Assembly: GCA_965237675.1 (NCBI GenBank)
Contig: OZ250150.1
Location: 800,001 to 864,000, forward strand
DNA from: Candidatus Latescibacterota bacterium
Lineage (GTDB): Bacteria > Latescibacterota > UBA2968 > GCA-2709665
Length of the DNA stretch: 64,000 bases
Direction: 5' to 3'
Positions within the stretch are counted from its first letter, which is position 1; each line of letters starts with the position of its first letter. A program made the position numbers and the translations under genes. Of the stretch, positions 49,620 to 59,419 are shown piece by piece. Below the pieces are notes generated by a model that searched no databases, was not told where the DNA came from, and saw nothing but the letters and a program-made list of their open reading frames with translations.

Positions 49620-50752
49620 TCCCCCTCTTCCTGCATATCCTTTTGCGGAATGACGGCAACAACGCGTGGATTCAACAAGTGCCAACGCTGACCGTGGCGA
49701 TCTAAGTCGCCTTCTACCACTATTGGCGCCTTCTCCTTGTGAGCCTGGATCGCTCGTGCGTAATCGGACTGACTCAAAACGGCAACCACTGACTTCATTT
49801 GCTCGTCAATATATGCTCGCAGAGTGATTGTACCCAAATCCTGCTCGTAGCGTATCAGCCTGTGGACAGGGCCAGTGAGCCGGACGTTCGGCCGCGGTTC
49901 ACGATCACGGAATAACCGCGCGGCCTGACGGAAAATCGGAGCGTCACCCTTGGCAAAGCGAACCACCTCCCGTACCGTCTTCATCGGATACGTGCGGGCC
50001 CAGGTCAAACTGACGTCCAGTGCTTCGAAGGGTTCGATCAACTTCACGAGCGCTTCGCACAGATTGGCGCTTACACCATCGTCCACGGCCAGTAGGAAAG
50101 CGTCGACGTTTCCACCGATTATTCCTTCCGTCGCATGCCGGGCGGCTCGCAGCGCGGAAACCAGACGCCTTGTCATCTTGCGCTCAATCGGGTCTTCGTT
50201 GTGCTCCGAATCCTGAATGAAGGACTGTTGTATGGTTGGCGGCACTACAGGGGTCAGCATGGTAACAACAAAGCTGCCCTGCTCGGTCTGTCCCAAGCGT
50301 AAGTTTCGCACATAATCCATGGCCTGAATGTTGGCGCCCGGGCGATAAACCGCCCTTGGATTATGCAGAGAACAGGCTGCTGCCAGGATCATATCGTGTG
50401 CGCCGCACACAAGGTCGATCCCATCGCTTACGGACACGGCGCCGTCGACGCCTTCTGCTGCCCGCACGCGAATGACATCTCGGTCGGCGGTAACCAGGTC
50501 GCGGTAGAGAGAAAGTTCGTCGGTACCGGCAACATCGGCAAAGATATCGATGAGTTGAGATACAACGTTGGCATAATCACCCAATCGTTGGGTTCGCGGC
50601 AAGATGATTTCCGGTAACCCGTCCGACACATAGACGTCTGAAGAGTCACCGTAGTTGTCCGTCCGTGTCCAGCCCGTTGCGCGGGCATAGGCTGATAGGG
50701 CCGCAGGCGAAATCTCGCTCAAGGGCCCCTTGTCCCGAATGCTGACCCTCAT
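49616..50752 (-). CDS. Hypothetical protein coupled between DUF4365 and SIR2 genes
   Basis: 378-aa ORF with ATGA overlaps at both ends; LGQTEQGSFVV core, beta-rich C-terminus. Confidence 0.8.
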   Translation of the reverse strand: MRVSIRDKGPLSEISPAALSAYARATGWTRTDNYGDSSDVYVSDGLPEIILPRTQRLGDYANVVSQLIDIFADVAGTDELSLYRDLVTADRDVIRVRAAEGVDGAVSVSDGIDLVCGAHDMILAAACSLHNPRAVYRPGANIQAMDYVRNLRLGQTEQGSFVVTMLTPVVPPTIQQSFIQDSEHNEDPIERKMTRRLVSALRAARHATEGIIGGNVDAFLLAVDDGVSANLCEALVKLIEPFEALDVSLTWARTYPMKTVREVVRFAKGDAPIFRQAARLFRDREPRPNVRLTGPVHRLIRYEQDLGTITLRAYIDEQMKSVVAVLSQSDYARAIQAHKEKAPIVVEGDLDRHGQRWHLLNPRVVAVIPQKDMQEEGE

Positions 50753-51249
50753 CGGATTCTCCCTTGTTGTGACTGTTCCATGAGCGAACGAAGATTATCC
50801 ACGTCAAACACGTTGCTCCTCGGTATTCGGACCGTAACGGACGACTGGTTGTCCGTCTCCGCAAAACCGTTCAGGTTCAACCAATATGCTCGGCGCCTCA
50901 GTACAAGCTCATCCTCGGTGATCGTAACCCATTGCTCCGTTTCTTTCGGTAGGTCTAGCACCACGAGCAACCTCGGCGTCTGTGTTTCGATACGCAGCTG
51001 GTCGTAATTCCTGCGCTTCAGTGGAAAGTGAAAGCACCCACCATCTCGCGTGGTCAGATTGACTGTCGCCTTTAACTGCAATTCGAGCGCGGGTCGCATC
51101 GCCCCACCCGCTTGAATCCGAAGATCGATGCTGTCGCGATCCAGATCTGGGCGTGCCGTGACATAACCTGCCCGCGCCGCTACTGCCTTTGCATAGACGA
51201 GAGACAACGCTTCTTCCTGGTCGGAATCTGTCATCAGCGCATCGGTCAT
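50749..51249 (-). CDS. DUF4365-family PD-(D/E)XK-like protein
   Basis: QEEALS..Y, DRDSID...LQLKAT motif; GGAGGGAG RBS before MTDALM. Confidence 0.8.
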   Translation of the reverse strand: MTDALMTDSDQEEALSLVYAKAVAARAGYVTARPDLDRDSIDLRIQAGGAMRPALELQLKATVNLTTRDGGCFHFPLKRRNYDQLRIETQTPRLLVVLDLPKETEQWVTITEDELVLRRRAYWLNLNGFAETDNQSSVTVRIPRSNVFDVDNLRSLMEQSQQGRIR

Positions 51250-51262
51250 GCAACTCCCTCCA

Positions 51263-51660
51263 TTAGATTCCACCGACACCTACCAACGAGGCGACGTCCT
51301 CACCTTCGAACCACTCCATTTTACCATTGCAACCCATAGCGTAAGGCAGTCGAAACTCGGAATCAGGTAATACCACGTTGGTGTTATGCGGATTCATATA
51401 TAGACAGGCGGATGCATTCCTTAGATTCCACACGTCAACCTTGGAGAACATCAATATAGCATCAATTCGGCTGTGTCGACCGCAAGACCAGAAACCATTC
51501 TGCTTACGGTCTAGCCGCGGGGGTGAGTCAGGGTGGTCACTGGAAAAGACGAGTTGCTCTTTGCCGAACAGCACCTCCATATCATCCTGGTGGCCGTTGT
51601 AGAACATATTGCGGACGTTCACTGCCAATACGACAGGCGCTCCATGCGTGCGATATTTCT
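51263..51660 (-). pseudogene. 3' remnant of a hypothetical gene
   Basis: Frame reads KA*KYRTHGAPVVLAVNV...LFGKEQ...GFW...LYMNP with an in-frame TAG and no convincing start. Confidence 0.5.
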
Positions 51661-51792
51661 ACGCTTTTTACATTAACGCGTTCCGTAAAGGGGCCGAACA
51701 ATCTGAAAATGCACCGAAACGATGCCCTACGGCAAGTTGACGCTCTCAATCATCCTTTCGTTCCTCCGATGAAATCGGGGAATGCCAGGCTT

Positions 51793-53148
51793 CTATGTAT
51801 CAATCGCCTTGGCCGCGATAAAATTAAAATGCCTGGTGAACAATTCACGCGAGTGGATCAAGAATTGTCTTGGTATTCCTAAACATTCAAATATGTGAAT
51901 ACCAATCTCGATTGCGTCACCTATTGCATCACCAACTTGATCCATAGTTAAAGAGTCTGACTGCGGAACACTGCGTTCTGGTAGCACCGCAAAGGTATCG
52001 AGTGATGTACCACTCGGCACCAGTACGTCTGTATCCTGCACTACGGGAAGACCGTATTCTTCGATATGTTCCTGGTACGCTGGCAAATCTACAAAAGGCA
52101 CGGTTCGCCAGATATTCTCGAGGTGAGCCTTGACATAAAACGGCCCCTTTACCTTCGCTTGCCAAACAAGGCGACGATGTCGCCTGATCAATGACATCAA
52201 AAGAATCAGTACTAAGTTTAAGTCCAATACTCGACTACTATCCAGTCCATGTTCACGTACCTTTGAAGTGAAGGACTCATATATTGAGGCTTCCGGTTGG
52301 TGCGCATAGGAAAAACCTGATGCAGCCGACTGTACGGGAAATGTTATAAACGAATGGCAGTGTCTGGAGAATTCCCACGTAAGGATGCGGCTGTATGGGT
52401 CGTTGTTTTTTGCCTGCCTTGCGACATATCCTCCAGACTTGGAGTAGATATTGTCGAATGGTAAGTTCGCCTCCCCCATCAGCGCGCTGAATTTCGAGAT
52501 TCCTTCTGGATACCAATGCCCCATCGTCTCGTACGGATCCGACATGATGCTAAAGTGAATATAGCATTGGTCTTGCTCTCCTTTGGATACGGTCGGAATT
52601 CGGGTTATTCGATCAGATAATCGAGAACGTGCGGTCTTGCTACGCTCAATAAGCAGATCCAACCTCGACCGATCTGTCTCTGGTTTTGGATCCGAGGAAT
52701 CAGCGATCCTTCGATAGATGCGCCCATCGTTGTGCACGTAGGGACAATCTGCTCCTTGAGGGATTTGTACAACGACTATAGATCTATCGGCCTCCAATCC
52801 AAGGGATTCGACTGGCCCGCTGAAGACCCGGCTGGAGTAGAATACATCAGGGCTGATAATGTCCTTCGACGCGTTTCGCAGGGCTTCAAGAAAACTCGCA
52901 ACTTCCGCGTTTGGAATACCAGGAAAATTCTCTGCAACGTGCAATTCTCGGTCCTCGGAGACCCCGACGAATAACCAACCTCCAAGCTGATTCGCGAATG
53001 ATGCAAGGCTCTTGGCGATATCACGAGGCTTTATCGACTCTGACTTATATTCAACGTACCAGCCTTCATGTACGTGCCTAAGACCTGCCAGATCGTCGCC
53101 TGAAAGTTCAAAAAGCTCTTTCTCAAAGGGTCGGTAACGATGGTTCAT
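51793..53148 (-). CDS. Schlafen/AlbA_2-domain protein with uncharacterised C-terminus
   Basis: EGWYVEYK, SFANQLGGWLFVG, YRRIADSS motifs. Confidence 0.85.
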   Translation of the reverse strand: MNHRYRPFEKELFELSGDDLAGLRHVHEGWYVEYKSESIKPRDIAKSLASFANQLGGWLFVGVSEDRELHVAENFPGIPNAEVASFLEALRNASKDIISPDVFYSSRVFSGPVESLGLEADRSIVVVQIPQGADCPYVHNDGRIYRRIADSSDPKPETDRSRLDLLIERSKTARSRLSDRITRIPTVSKGEQDQCYIHFSIMSDPYETMGHWYPEGISKFSALMGEANLPFDNIYSKSGGYVARQAKNNDPYSRILTWEFSRHCHSFITFPVQSAASGFSYAHQPEASIYESFTSKVREHGLDSSRVLDLNLVLILLMSLIRRHRRLVWQAKVKGPFYVKAHLENIWRTVPFVDLPAYQEHIEEYGLPVVQDTDVLVPSGTSLDTFAVLPERSVPQSDSLTMDQVGDAIGDAIEIGIHIFECLGIPRQFLIHSRELFTRHFNFIAAKAIDT

Positions 53149-53289
53149 AGTAATAATTCCAATTGGTTGAAAAATCGTCCAATTTCAGATTCTCACAACA
53201 CGAACAATTACGATGCACACTAAACTGTTATGGATGTCTGGATGCAATCAATGCCTGATATCGTCTTCACTACCGCTTGAGCCTCCACC

Positions 53290-56088
53290 CTATTCTTGCC
53301 TACCGCTACTCACCCGCCGCCGCCGTTTCGGTTTCGCCTTTGCGGCAAGCGGCGCAACCATCTTCTCGTAGAGACCGAGCAGGTGTTCGACCCGCTCGCG
53401 CTCGGTTGTGAAGCCGCTACGTCGGTACAGCCTATCGACGGCGCGGTCCAGGGCCTGATGTACTTTGCGAAGGTCGGGTGGCATGAAGTCAGGGTCGTAT
53501 AGGTTGGCCAACGTTTCGCCTGGATGGTTGGCGCGAGCGGCGAGAACGGCTTCCGCGGGGGGCGCAAGGCGTTCCAGGCGTTCGGCTGGGACGGGAGGCA
53601 GGGGGAAGGTATTGTACACAATGCCGATCCCGTACGAAAAGTCACTCTTGAGCCGCCCGCCGATGTTCCGGACCCACGCCATGTGAATTGTAGATGTAAG
53701 GAGTCCAAACTGCCAAAGGGCGGCGTTGAGTAGTACGCGTACTTTATTGCTCGGAATCACCGGTGGTTCCAGCCACGCGATTGGGATATAGTCACGCCGT
53801 TCGGAACTGACCTCCGGTACGACCAGGTACGGGTCCGAAGGAATGACGTTGACGTGGTAGAGCTTTGGCATCATTGACAGTGCCTGGGTCGGCTTGCTCT
53901 TGCTTGCCAGCCTATATTCGCGGACGGCCGCTATGCGCTCCCGTACTTTCGGCAGCGTCTTGAGCACGTGCGGCGGCGCTTCCGACAGATGCAATATCCA
54001 ACGTTCTCCGCCCTGCAAAAACTCGCGGCTTCCCACGAATGGTCGCAGATACGGTTCGGCACCCGGTTCTTCGCGAAGAAAAGTAGCCCGTTCGTCGACC
54101 TTAAAAATGTAATGGCCGCCGTCTATGGGCTTGGAGCCTATTATCAGCTTCGGCAGCCCATTGATGGGTAGATGTGCCTCCCGTACGACAACTCCAGCGT
54201 CTGTCAATCCGCTCGCGTCGAAGAGGTAGGGTGAGAGGGCGGTGGGTTGGCTCTGTTGTGGATCGCCGTTGACCGTTTCGTAGGAAAACAGACGCTTCTG
54301 TCGTGGAGCATCGTCCCGTTTGGCCAATCCGATAATGACCACGTGAACGTGCGCCATACCGCGCGCGTCCGAACCCCATGCGAACGTGCGGTGCGCAAAG
54401 GCGATTTCCAGTTTGTGGCGTTCGAACAAAATCGGCCAGAGTTGCGCCACCTGTTCGCCCTGCGTGATGGAATTGGTCGCGACAAAGCCGATTCGCGTAG
54501 TGCTATTCTGTACGTATTCCCCAGCTTTGATGAACCACGCGGTAACGTAGTCGAGCGTGCCGCCGCTCTTTCCCAATGCGGCGATGCCGCGCACCTGTTC
54601 GCGCTGTTCGGGCGATTGAAACTTCGCGCCCACGAAAGGCGGATTACCCAGCACGTACGAACATTCCTCCGGCCGCAGAAGTTCGGACCATTCAAACTCA
54701 AGCGCGTCACCATGCCGGATGTGCGGCGATTTCTCCAGCGGAATGCGGACGTACGTCTGTCCGAACTCCAAGCTCAGCCGGTTATTCATGATATGGTCCA
54801 TCATCCACAACGCGACCTCGGCGATGTGCGCCGGAAACTCCCCCAACTCAATCCCGTAGAACTGGTCCACGTCGACCACCGAAAGCAACTTTGCAAAGGC
54901 ATCAACCTGGCCCTTCGGACGAATCTCCTTGAGAACCTGGATCTCCAACTCTCGTAATTCACGGTAGGCAATGATGAGGAAATTCCCGCAGCCGCAGGCT
55001 GGATCGAAGAAATTCAGGTCACCGAGCCGCTGCTGAAAGGAGATCAGTTCGGGAATGCGGCGCGTGTCGCGACGCGCCTTCAGGCGTTGGAACTCCTCGC
55101 GCAGTTCGTCGAGGAATAGCGGCTCGATTACCTTGAGGATGTTCTGCTCGGTGGTGTAATGCGCGCCCTGTCGGCGGCGTTCGTCCTTCTCCATTACGGA
55201 CTGGAATAGCGAGCCGAAGATGGCCGGAGAGATATCGGACCAATTGAAATGGCAAGCGTCGATGAGCCGCTGGCGCATTCTGGAATCGAACGATGGTATG
55301 GACAGCGTGTCTCGGAAGAGGTCTCCGTTGACATTGGGGAAGCGGTCGAGGTCTTCGTCGAGCGTTTTGGCGCGTCGGTCTTCGGGTGTGTTGAGCACCT
55401 GGAACAATTGCGCCAGCCACCCGCCCAGGTCTGAGCCATCTTCGTTCGTCCTATTTTCCAACAGGTCAAGGAAGATGTCACGCGGCTCGAAGATGCCGGT
55501 GTCGTCGGCAAAGAAGCAGAAGACGATCCGGACGAGGAATTGCTCCAGGTCGTGGCCGGTGTAGCCGGAAGCCGCCAGCGCGTCGTGGAGAAGGCCCACA
55601 CGCTCGGCCGCCTGAATGTTTACCGGGTCTTGATCCTTGAAGGTGCGCTTCTGGAGGCCGAGAATAAAGCCGAACTTTTCAATGTTATCAGGTAGATCGG
55701 CCAGGGCGAAACGCACCTCCTCGCGCTCGTCCCTGTCGATCAATTCAAAGGTCTGGAAGTCGCACTGCAACTGGTAGCGCGGTCGCTCGTGCTCCTGCAG
55801 GGCATCGAAATAAGCGTCTGCCTGGTGCCGCGCCTTTTCCAGATTTACTCCCGCGCTCTTCTGCTCGACGAGCAATACCCCAGGCCAAAACAGATCGATG
55901 AATCCGTGGGAATCGTCCAGCCGTTTGACCTGCTCTTCGTAGCGGGCGACCGTGCGACGTTTTACGCCGAATATCTCGAAGAATTCATTGTAAAAGCTCT
56001 GCGTCTCGCCCTTCTCGTAGCCCGAGTCCTTCCACTCTCGTGCAAAATTGGCGGCGCGGGTGCGGATTTCATTCCATGATAGTCGCAT
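53290..56088 (-). CDS. MmeI-like type IIL fused restriction-modification enzyme
   Basis: IDLFWPGVLLVEQKS nuclease, GAHYT, DPACGCGNFL, GNPPF, VYNTFP motifs. Confidence 0.92.
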   Translation of the reverse strand: MRLSWNEIRTRAANFAREWKDSGYEKGETQSFYNEFFEIFGVKRRTVARYEEQVKRLDDSHGFIDLFWPGVLLVEQKSAGVNLEKARHQADAYFDALQEHERPRYQLQCDFQTFELIDRDEREEVRFALADLPDNIEKFGFILGLQKRTFKDQDPVNIQAAERVGLLHDALAASGYTGHDLEQFLVRIVFCFFADDTGIFEPRDIFLDLLENRTNEDGSDLGGWLAQLFQVLNTPEDRRAKTLDEDLDRFPNVNGDLFRDTLSIPSFDSRMRQRLIDACHFNWSDISPAIFGSLFQSVMEKDERRRQGAHYTTEQNILKVIEPLFLDELREEFQRLKARRDTRRIPELISFQQRLGDLNFFDPACGCGNFLIIAYRELRELEIQVLKEIRPKGQVDAFAKLLSVVDVDQFYGIELGEFPAHIAEVALWMMDHIMNNRLSLEFGQTYVRIPLEKSPHIRHGDALEFEWSELLRPEECSYVLGNPPFVGAKFQSPEQREQVRGIAALGKSGGTLDYVTAWFIKAGEYVQNSTTRIGFVATNSITQGEQVAQLWPILFERHKLEIAFAHRTFAWGSDARGMAHVHVVIIGLAKRDDAPRQKRLFSYETVNGDPQQSQPTALSPYLFDASGLTDAGVVVREAHLPINGLPKLIIGSKPIDGGHYIFKVDERATFLREEPGAEPYLRPFVGSREFLQGGERWILHLSEAPPHVLKTLPKVRERIAAVREYRLASKSKPTQALSMMPKLYHVNVIPSDPYLVVPEVSSERRDYIPIAWLEPPVIPSNKVRVLLNAALWQFGLLTSTIHMAWVRNIGGRLKSDFSYGIGIVYNTFPLPPVPAERLERLAPPAEAVLAARANHPGETLANLYDPDFMPPDLRKVHQALDRAVDRLYRRSGFTTERERVEHLLGLYEKMVAPLAAKAKPKRRRRVSSGRQE

Positions 56089-56155
56089 GTAGTGCCTTCA
56101 ATTGCATCACGTGGCGGGATTGCCCACAATGCATTTTATAGTTCTTCAATCGCAC

Positions 56156-56914
56156 TCAGGAACGGTTTAATATACACCGCAGATAACTGAGTGACGATAT
56201 TGCTTTGAGACTGTTGATTTCCGTTCCGAATGTTACTGCCTCTCCGTGTAGGACTTGATGCCGATTTAGTCCTTCGAATGACTCGCTCCTTTCATGTTGA
56301 TTCATCCAAAGAGGGCTCGAAATCGAGAGAGGGGTCAACATCGCCTCCAAGAAACCACCGGGGGCCTCGTTGCGTTTATATTTACAGGCGACAGATTTTC
56401 TTTCGTAACTTTTAAACAAACTCTTTGAGGATGCCTCCCAAAATATCCCGTCTGACTGCGCCAGTAAAACCGGTATCGCGAGGTTGTACTTTCGTTCTCG
56501 ATGTGCTTGGAACGCATCACGGAAGAGATGGCTTCTCTCCGGATAGGACTGAGAGAGTTCCAACTCTATGGCATCTACTCGCTCCCGTAGGAAGTCGATG
56601 GCAATTTTCTCGGCGCGATCACGGTCAGCGCTCACAGTGCGCAGGATTTCTTGCAGGTTATCCAAGGGCAATCCCAAGTCGGGGAACCATCCAATCTTGG
56701 CAAGTTTAATCAAAGCCTTTCTGTTAATTTCCGGTAGTTCTTGCAAATACTTCAAGAACAGCACGGCATACGGCGCCAATGCCTGGACTGTTTGTCTGAT
56801 CGTCTCTATATCTTTTTCTAGCGATGGAATCGACGCAAAAAGTAACTCGGCAAAATGCTCTGCAAGAGTGCGATTCCGATTGTGTTGACTATCACTTTCC
56901 TGCGCCATCGTCAA
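56156..56914 (-). CDS. Hypothetical protein with HEPN-like Rx4H motif
   Basis: YNLAIPVLLAQSDGI helix and LNRHQVLHG. Confidence 0.65.
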   Translation of the reverse strand: MTMAQESDSQHNRNRTLAEHFAELLFASIPSLEKDIETIRQTVQALAPYAVLFLKYLQELPEINRKALIKLAKIGWFPDLGLPLDNLQEILRTVSADRDRAEKIAIDFLRERVDAIELELSQSYPERSHLFRDAFQAHRERKYNLAIPVLLAQSDGIFWEASSKSLFKSYERKSVACKYKRNEAPGGFLEAMLTPLSISSPLWMNQHERSESFEGLNRHQVLHGEAVTFGTEINSLKAISSLSYLRCILNRS

Positions 56915-57285
56915 TCTTCCTCGGGGTATGTTGCCTGTCTATATAATGAGAGCTCCCGTTAACGAGCAACGTGATCTATTGCCGACCAATCCTGATCTTC
57001 CGCATCTCTCTGACAAACAGGATATCCTTGAATACCCTTTCGCTATCTTTATCCAATTGGAGTTATCCCTCGATCTCACGTCGCCGTAATTAATCTTCGG
57101 TCTCCAAATATACGATCCTGAAATCTGTTGGATCCCCACGCCTACCAACGAAACACGGCCAGCCATCGACATGACCATAATTGCCACGTAGGGCGAGCAA
57201 TTTCGAGCATCGTGACGCGTTTCGCCGTCGTAATCGCAGCCGATTCGTCCGGGGCAAAGGATCGTTGGGCTATCCCGTCGGGAAA

Positions 57286-57915
57286 TCATTTTCCCTCTGG
57301 TGTCCAACTCTCCCTAAGCTTTTGGAGTGTCTCGACAAATCGTCTTGCGTGGCGCGACGCATTCGTGACTTTCGCAGAGTCTATTGTAGCCAGGATTTCA
57401 AAACTGTGACGCCCTTTGTCATAGCGGCCTTTCGAGGTACGACGCGTAGCCTGGCGAATTCTGTTGAGTACATCATTCTTGGCAACCTGCTCTATCTGTT
57501 GATTCGACGGGAGCGCGGTTTCCTGAAAGCCCTGGCCGTAGTATTCCTCAAGGGCCGTACGGTCCGCCAGAAACCAGGATTCCATGACCTCTACCATGAG
57601 GTGGCACTGGTCGTCGGTTGCGCCAGCTGGGCGATCCCGGCCATCACGGCCCTTGAGGTGTTGCCACGGCCCCGTTTCTCCTACCGCCCTTTCAGCGTCC
57701 AACAGAAGCATCGGGCCTTCATTTTTGGCGGCCGTATTACGTTGTCTCGTCCTAAAGTCCTCGTACGCGTTCCTGCGACTGCCCGAGGCTACAATTTCGG
57801 GCATTGTTCCTTTCAACCCCGATTTTTCAATGAATTTCCGAAAACCCCTGCGGCACGCCCTTTTGAGCGCCCTGCTACTGCCTCCTCCTTCGACATATAG
57901 CTTGATCTTCACCAC
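57286..57915 (-). CDS. DUF4276-like (TOPRIM-type) protein
   Basis: LYVEGGG, LLLDAE, MESWFLAD, YDKGRHS; overlaps the ATPase stop. Confidence 0.8.
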   Translation of the reverse strand: MVKIKLYVEGGGSSRALKRACRRGFRKFIEKSGLKGTMPEIVASGSRRNAYEDFRTRQRNTAAKNEGPMLLLDAERAVGETGPWQHLKGRDGRDRPAGATDDQCHLMVEVMESWFLADRTALEEYYGQGFQETALPSNQQIEQVAKNDVLNRIRQATRRTSKGRYDKGRHSFEILATIDSAKVTNASRHARRFVETLQKLRESWTPEGK

Positions 57916-59102
57916 CGATTCCCTCCTATTTCCCCTTTCACCCAGAGCTCACCAAGTCGATATTTATCGAGCCATTTCTCAAGTTCCTCGCCGTCCAGCC
58001 GGCGAAGTTGGCTCGCTCCGTTGGATTTTTCGCAGACAATTACTGCCTCCGGAGTATCCGTGAGCGCGTCAATGAGAATGTCAGAGTGTGTTGTGACGAA
58101 GATTTGGCTGCGGGACGACGCCTCGACTAGAAGCTCCGCCAACTCCGGGATCACGTCAGGGTGCAGTCCGATCTCAGGCTCCTCAATGCATACAACAGGT
58201 GGCGGATTGGGATTGCAGAGCACCGAAAGCAGGCAAAGATAGTGTAGAGTACCATCAGAAAGCCGGGTGGCCGGCACGGAATGATCCAAGCCTTCTTCAT
58301 GGAAGGACAACTGCACCGTGCTACCCTGTATCGTCACGAGAATATCCTCTATCGTCGGATGAAAGGCCTTCAAGCGTTCCACAATCTTGCGTTTTACGGG
58401 AGGTTGGTTCAGTAAATTGCCAAGAACCAAGCCGATATTTGAAGCGTCCTCCAACAGGCTGTCCTGCGGGAGGTCGGCCTGCTGCGGAAGGCGGGATGGT
58501 GCAGAGCGACCGAGGTTCCACTCACGATAGAAACGCATACGTTCGAAAGCCTCAGCCAGATGGGTTAATTCCGGATAGGAGTCCGGATCGCGACGCTGCG
58601 CGAGAATGGACTGGTCGGGAATTACTTCATCCCGTGTGAGGCGTCGGTCTGGACGAGGCTCCTGCGTGAAGACGTTGAGCACTGGCTGACCATCTCGGTA
58701 TCGGTAGAAGATATATGGCTCCTCGTTTCCTGGAGTCGGCTTCTCATTCTCGATCGCCTCTTCCAAGAGTTCAAACCGTGCACCTGTCTCGGTGAACGAC
58801 AGCCGATACCTGAGCGGCTGCTTCTCCGGGTATTCGACTGTTACGTCTACGGTTGCCGTGCCGAGTCGAGTGGCTCCTTTCCAAAGCCAATCGTGAACGC
58901 CTCCTCCTACCCGAATCGGTGCCTGCAAATCCCTGGTCGGCGCTGCTGACAGGATCGATAACACTTCAATCAAGTTTGATTTTCCAGACGCGTTAGGACC
59001 AATGAAGACGTTTAATGGTTCCAGATGAAACTCCTCGTCCCCGGATCCGTAGGACAATATGTTGTCGAGACGGATTGTTCGAATCAACCTTTTGCCTTTC
59101 AT
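57909..59102 (-). CDS. ABC-type (AAA_21) ATPase
   Basis: GPNASGKSN, LSDGT, IEEPEIGLHP, VTTHS, LGELW motifs. Confidence 0.92.
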   Translation of the reverse strand: MKGKRLIRTIRLDNILSYGSGDEEFHLEPLNVFIGPNASGKSNLIEVLSILSAAPTRDLQAPIRVGGGVHDWLWKGATRLGTATVDVTVEYPEKQPLRYRLSFTETGARFELLEEAIENEKPTPGNEEPYIFYRYRDGQPVLNVFTQEPRPDRRLTRDEVIPDQSILAQRRDPDSYPELTHLAEAFERMRFYREWNLGRSAPSRLPQQADLPQDSLLEDASNIGLVLGNLLNQPPVKRKIVERLKAFHPTIEDILVTIQGSTVQLSFHEEGLDHSVPATRLSDGTLHYLCLLSVLCNPNPPPVVCIEEPEIGLHPDVIPELAELLVEASSRSQIFVTTHSDILIDALTDTPEAVIVCEKSNGASQLRRLDGEELEKWLDKYRLGELWVKGEIGGNRW

Positions 59103-59296
59103 AGCGCACTCCCCTCATTTCCCATTTCGGCTCCAACTGCAAATGGAATTTCTTTCTTTCGTCAGGATCTCCACTGAATCGGCTAAATCATCCGTGATTC
59201 AATTGCAATCCCTGATTTCCGGACTGATTCATTAAATTGCCCCGGCGATCTCTTCCACTTTCTACAACCCCCTCTACAGACCCCACAAAATCGACG

Positions 59297-59419
59297 GTTG
59301 TCGGACAGCCATTGCCATCAAAGCATTTTGTCGGCCACTTTTCATCGTTATTGACCGACAACTGACGTTGTGGGACAAGAGTGTCCGTCAAAATACCTCT
59401 CTGCCTTCTGCGACGTTTA
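59297..59419. repeat. Direct repeat copy 1 (Fic 3' end plus downstream TTGTCGGnCA array)
   Basis: Colinear with 60831-60953 at a constant 1534-bp offset. Confidence 0.8.

Noticed and set aside
56939-57285. 122-aa ORF and other short ORFs in island spacers (60500-60778, 63778-63999)
   Set aside because: No motifs or clear RBS; cannot be distinguished from chance ORFs or decayed remnants.
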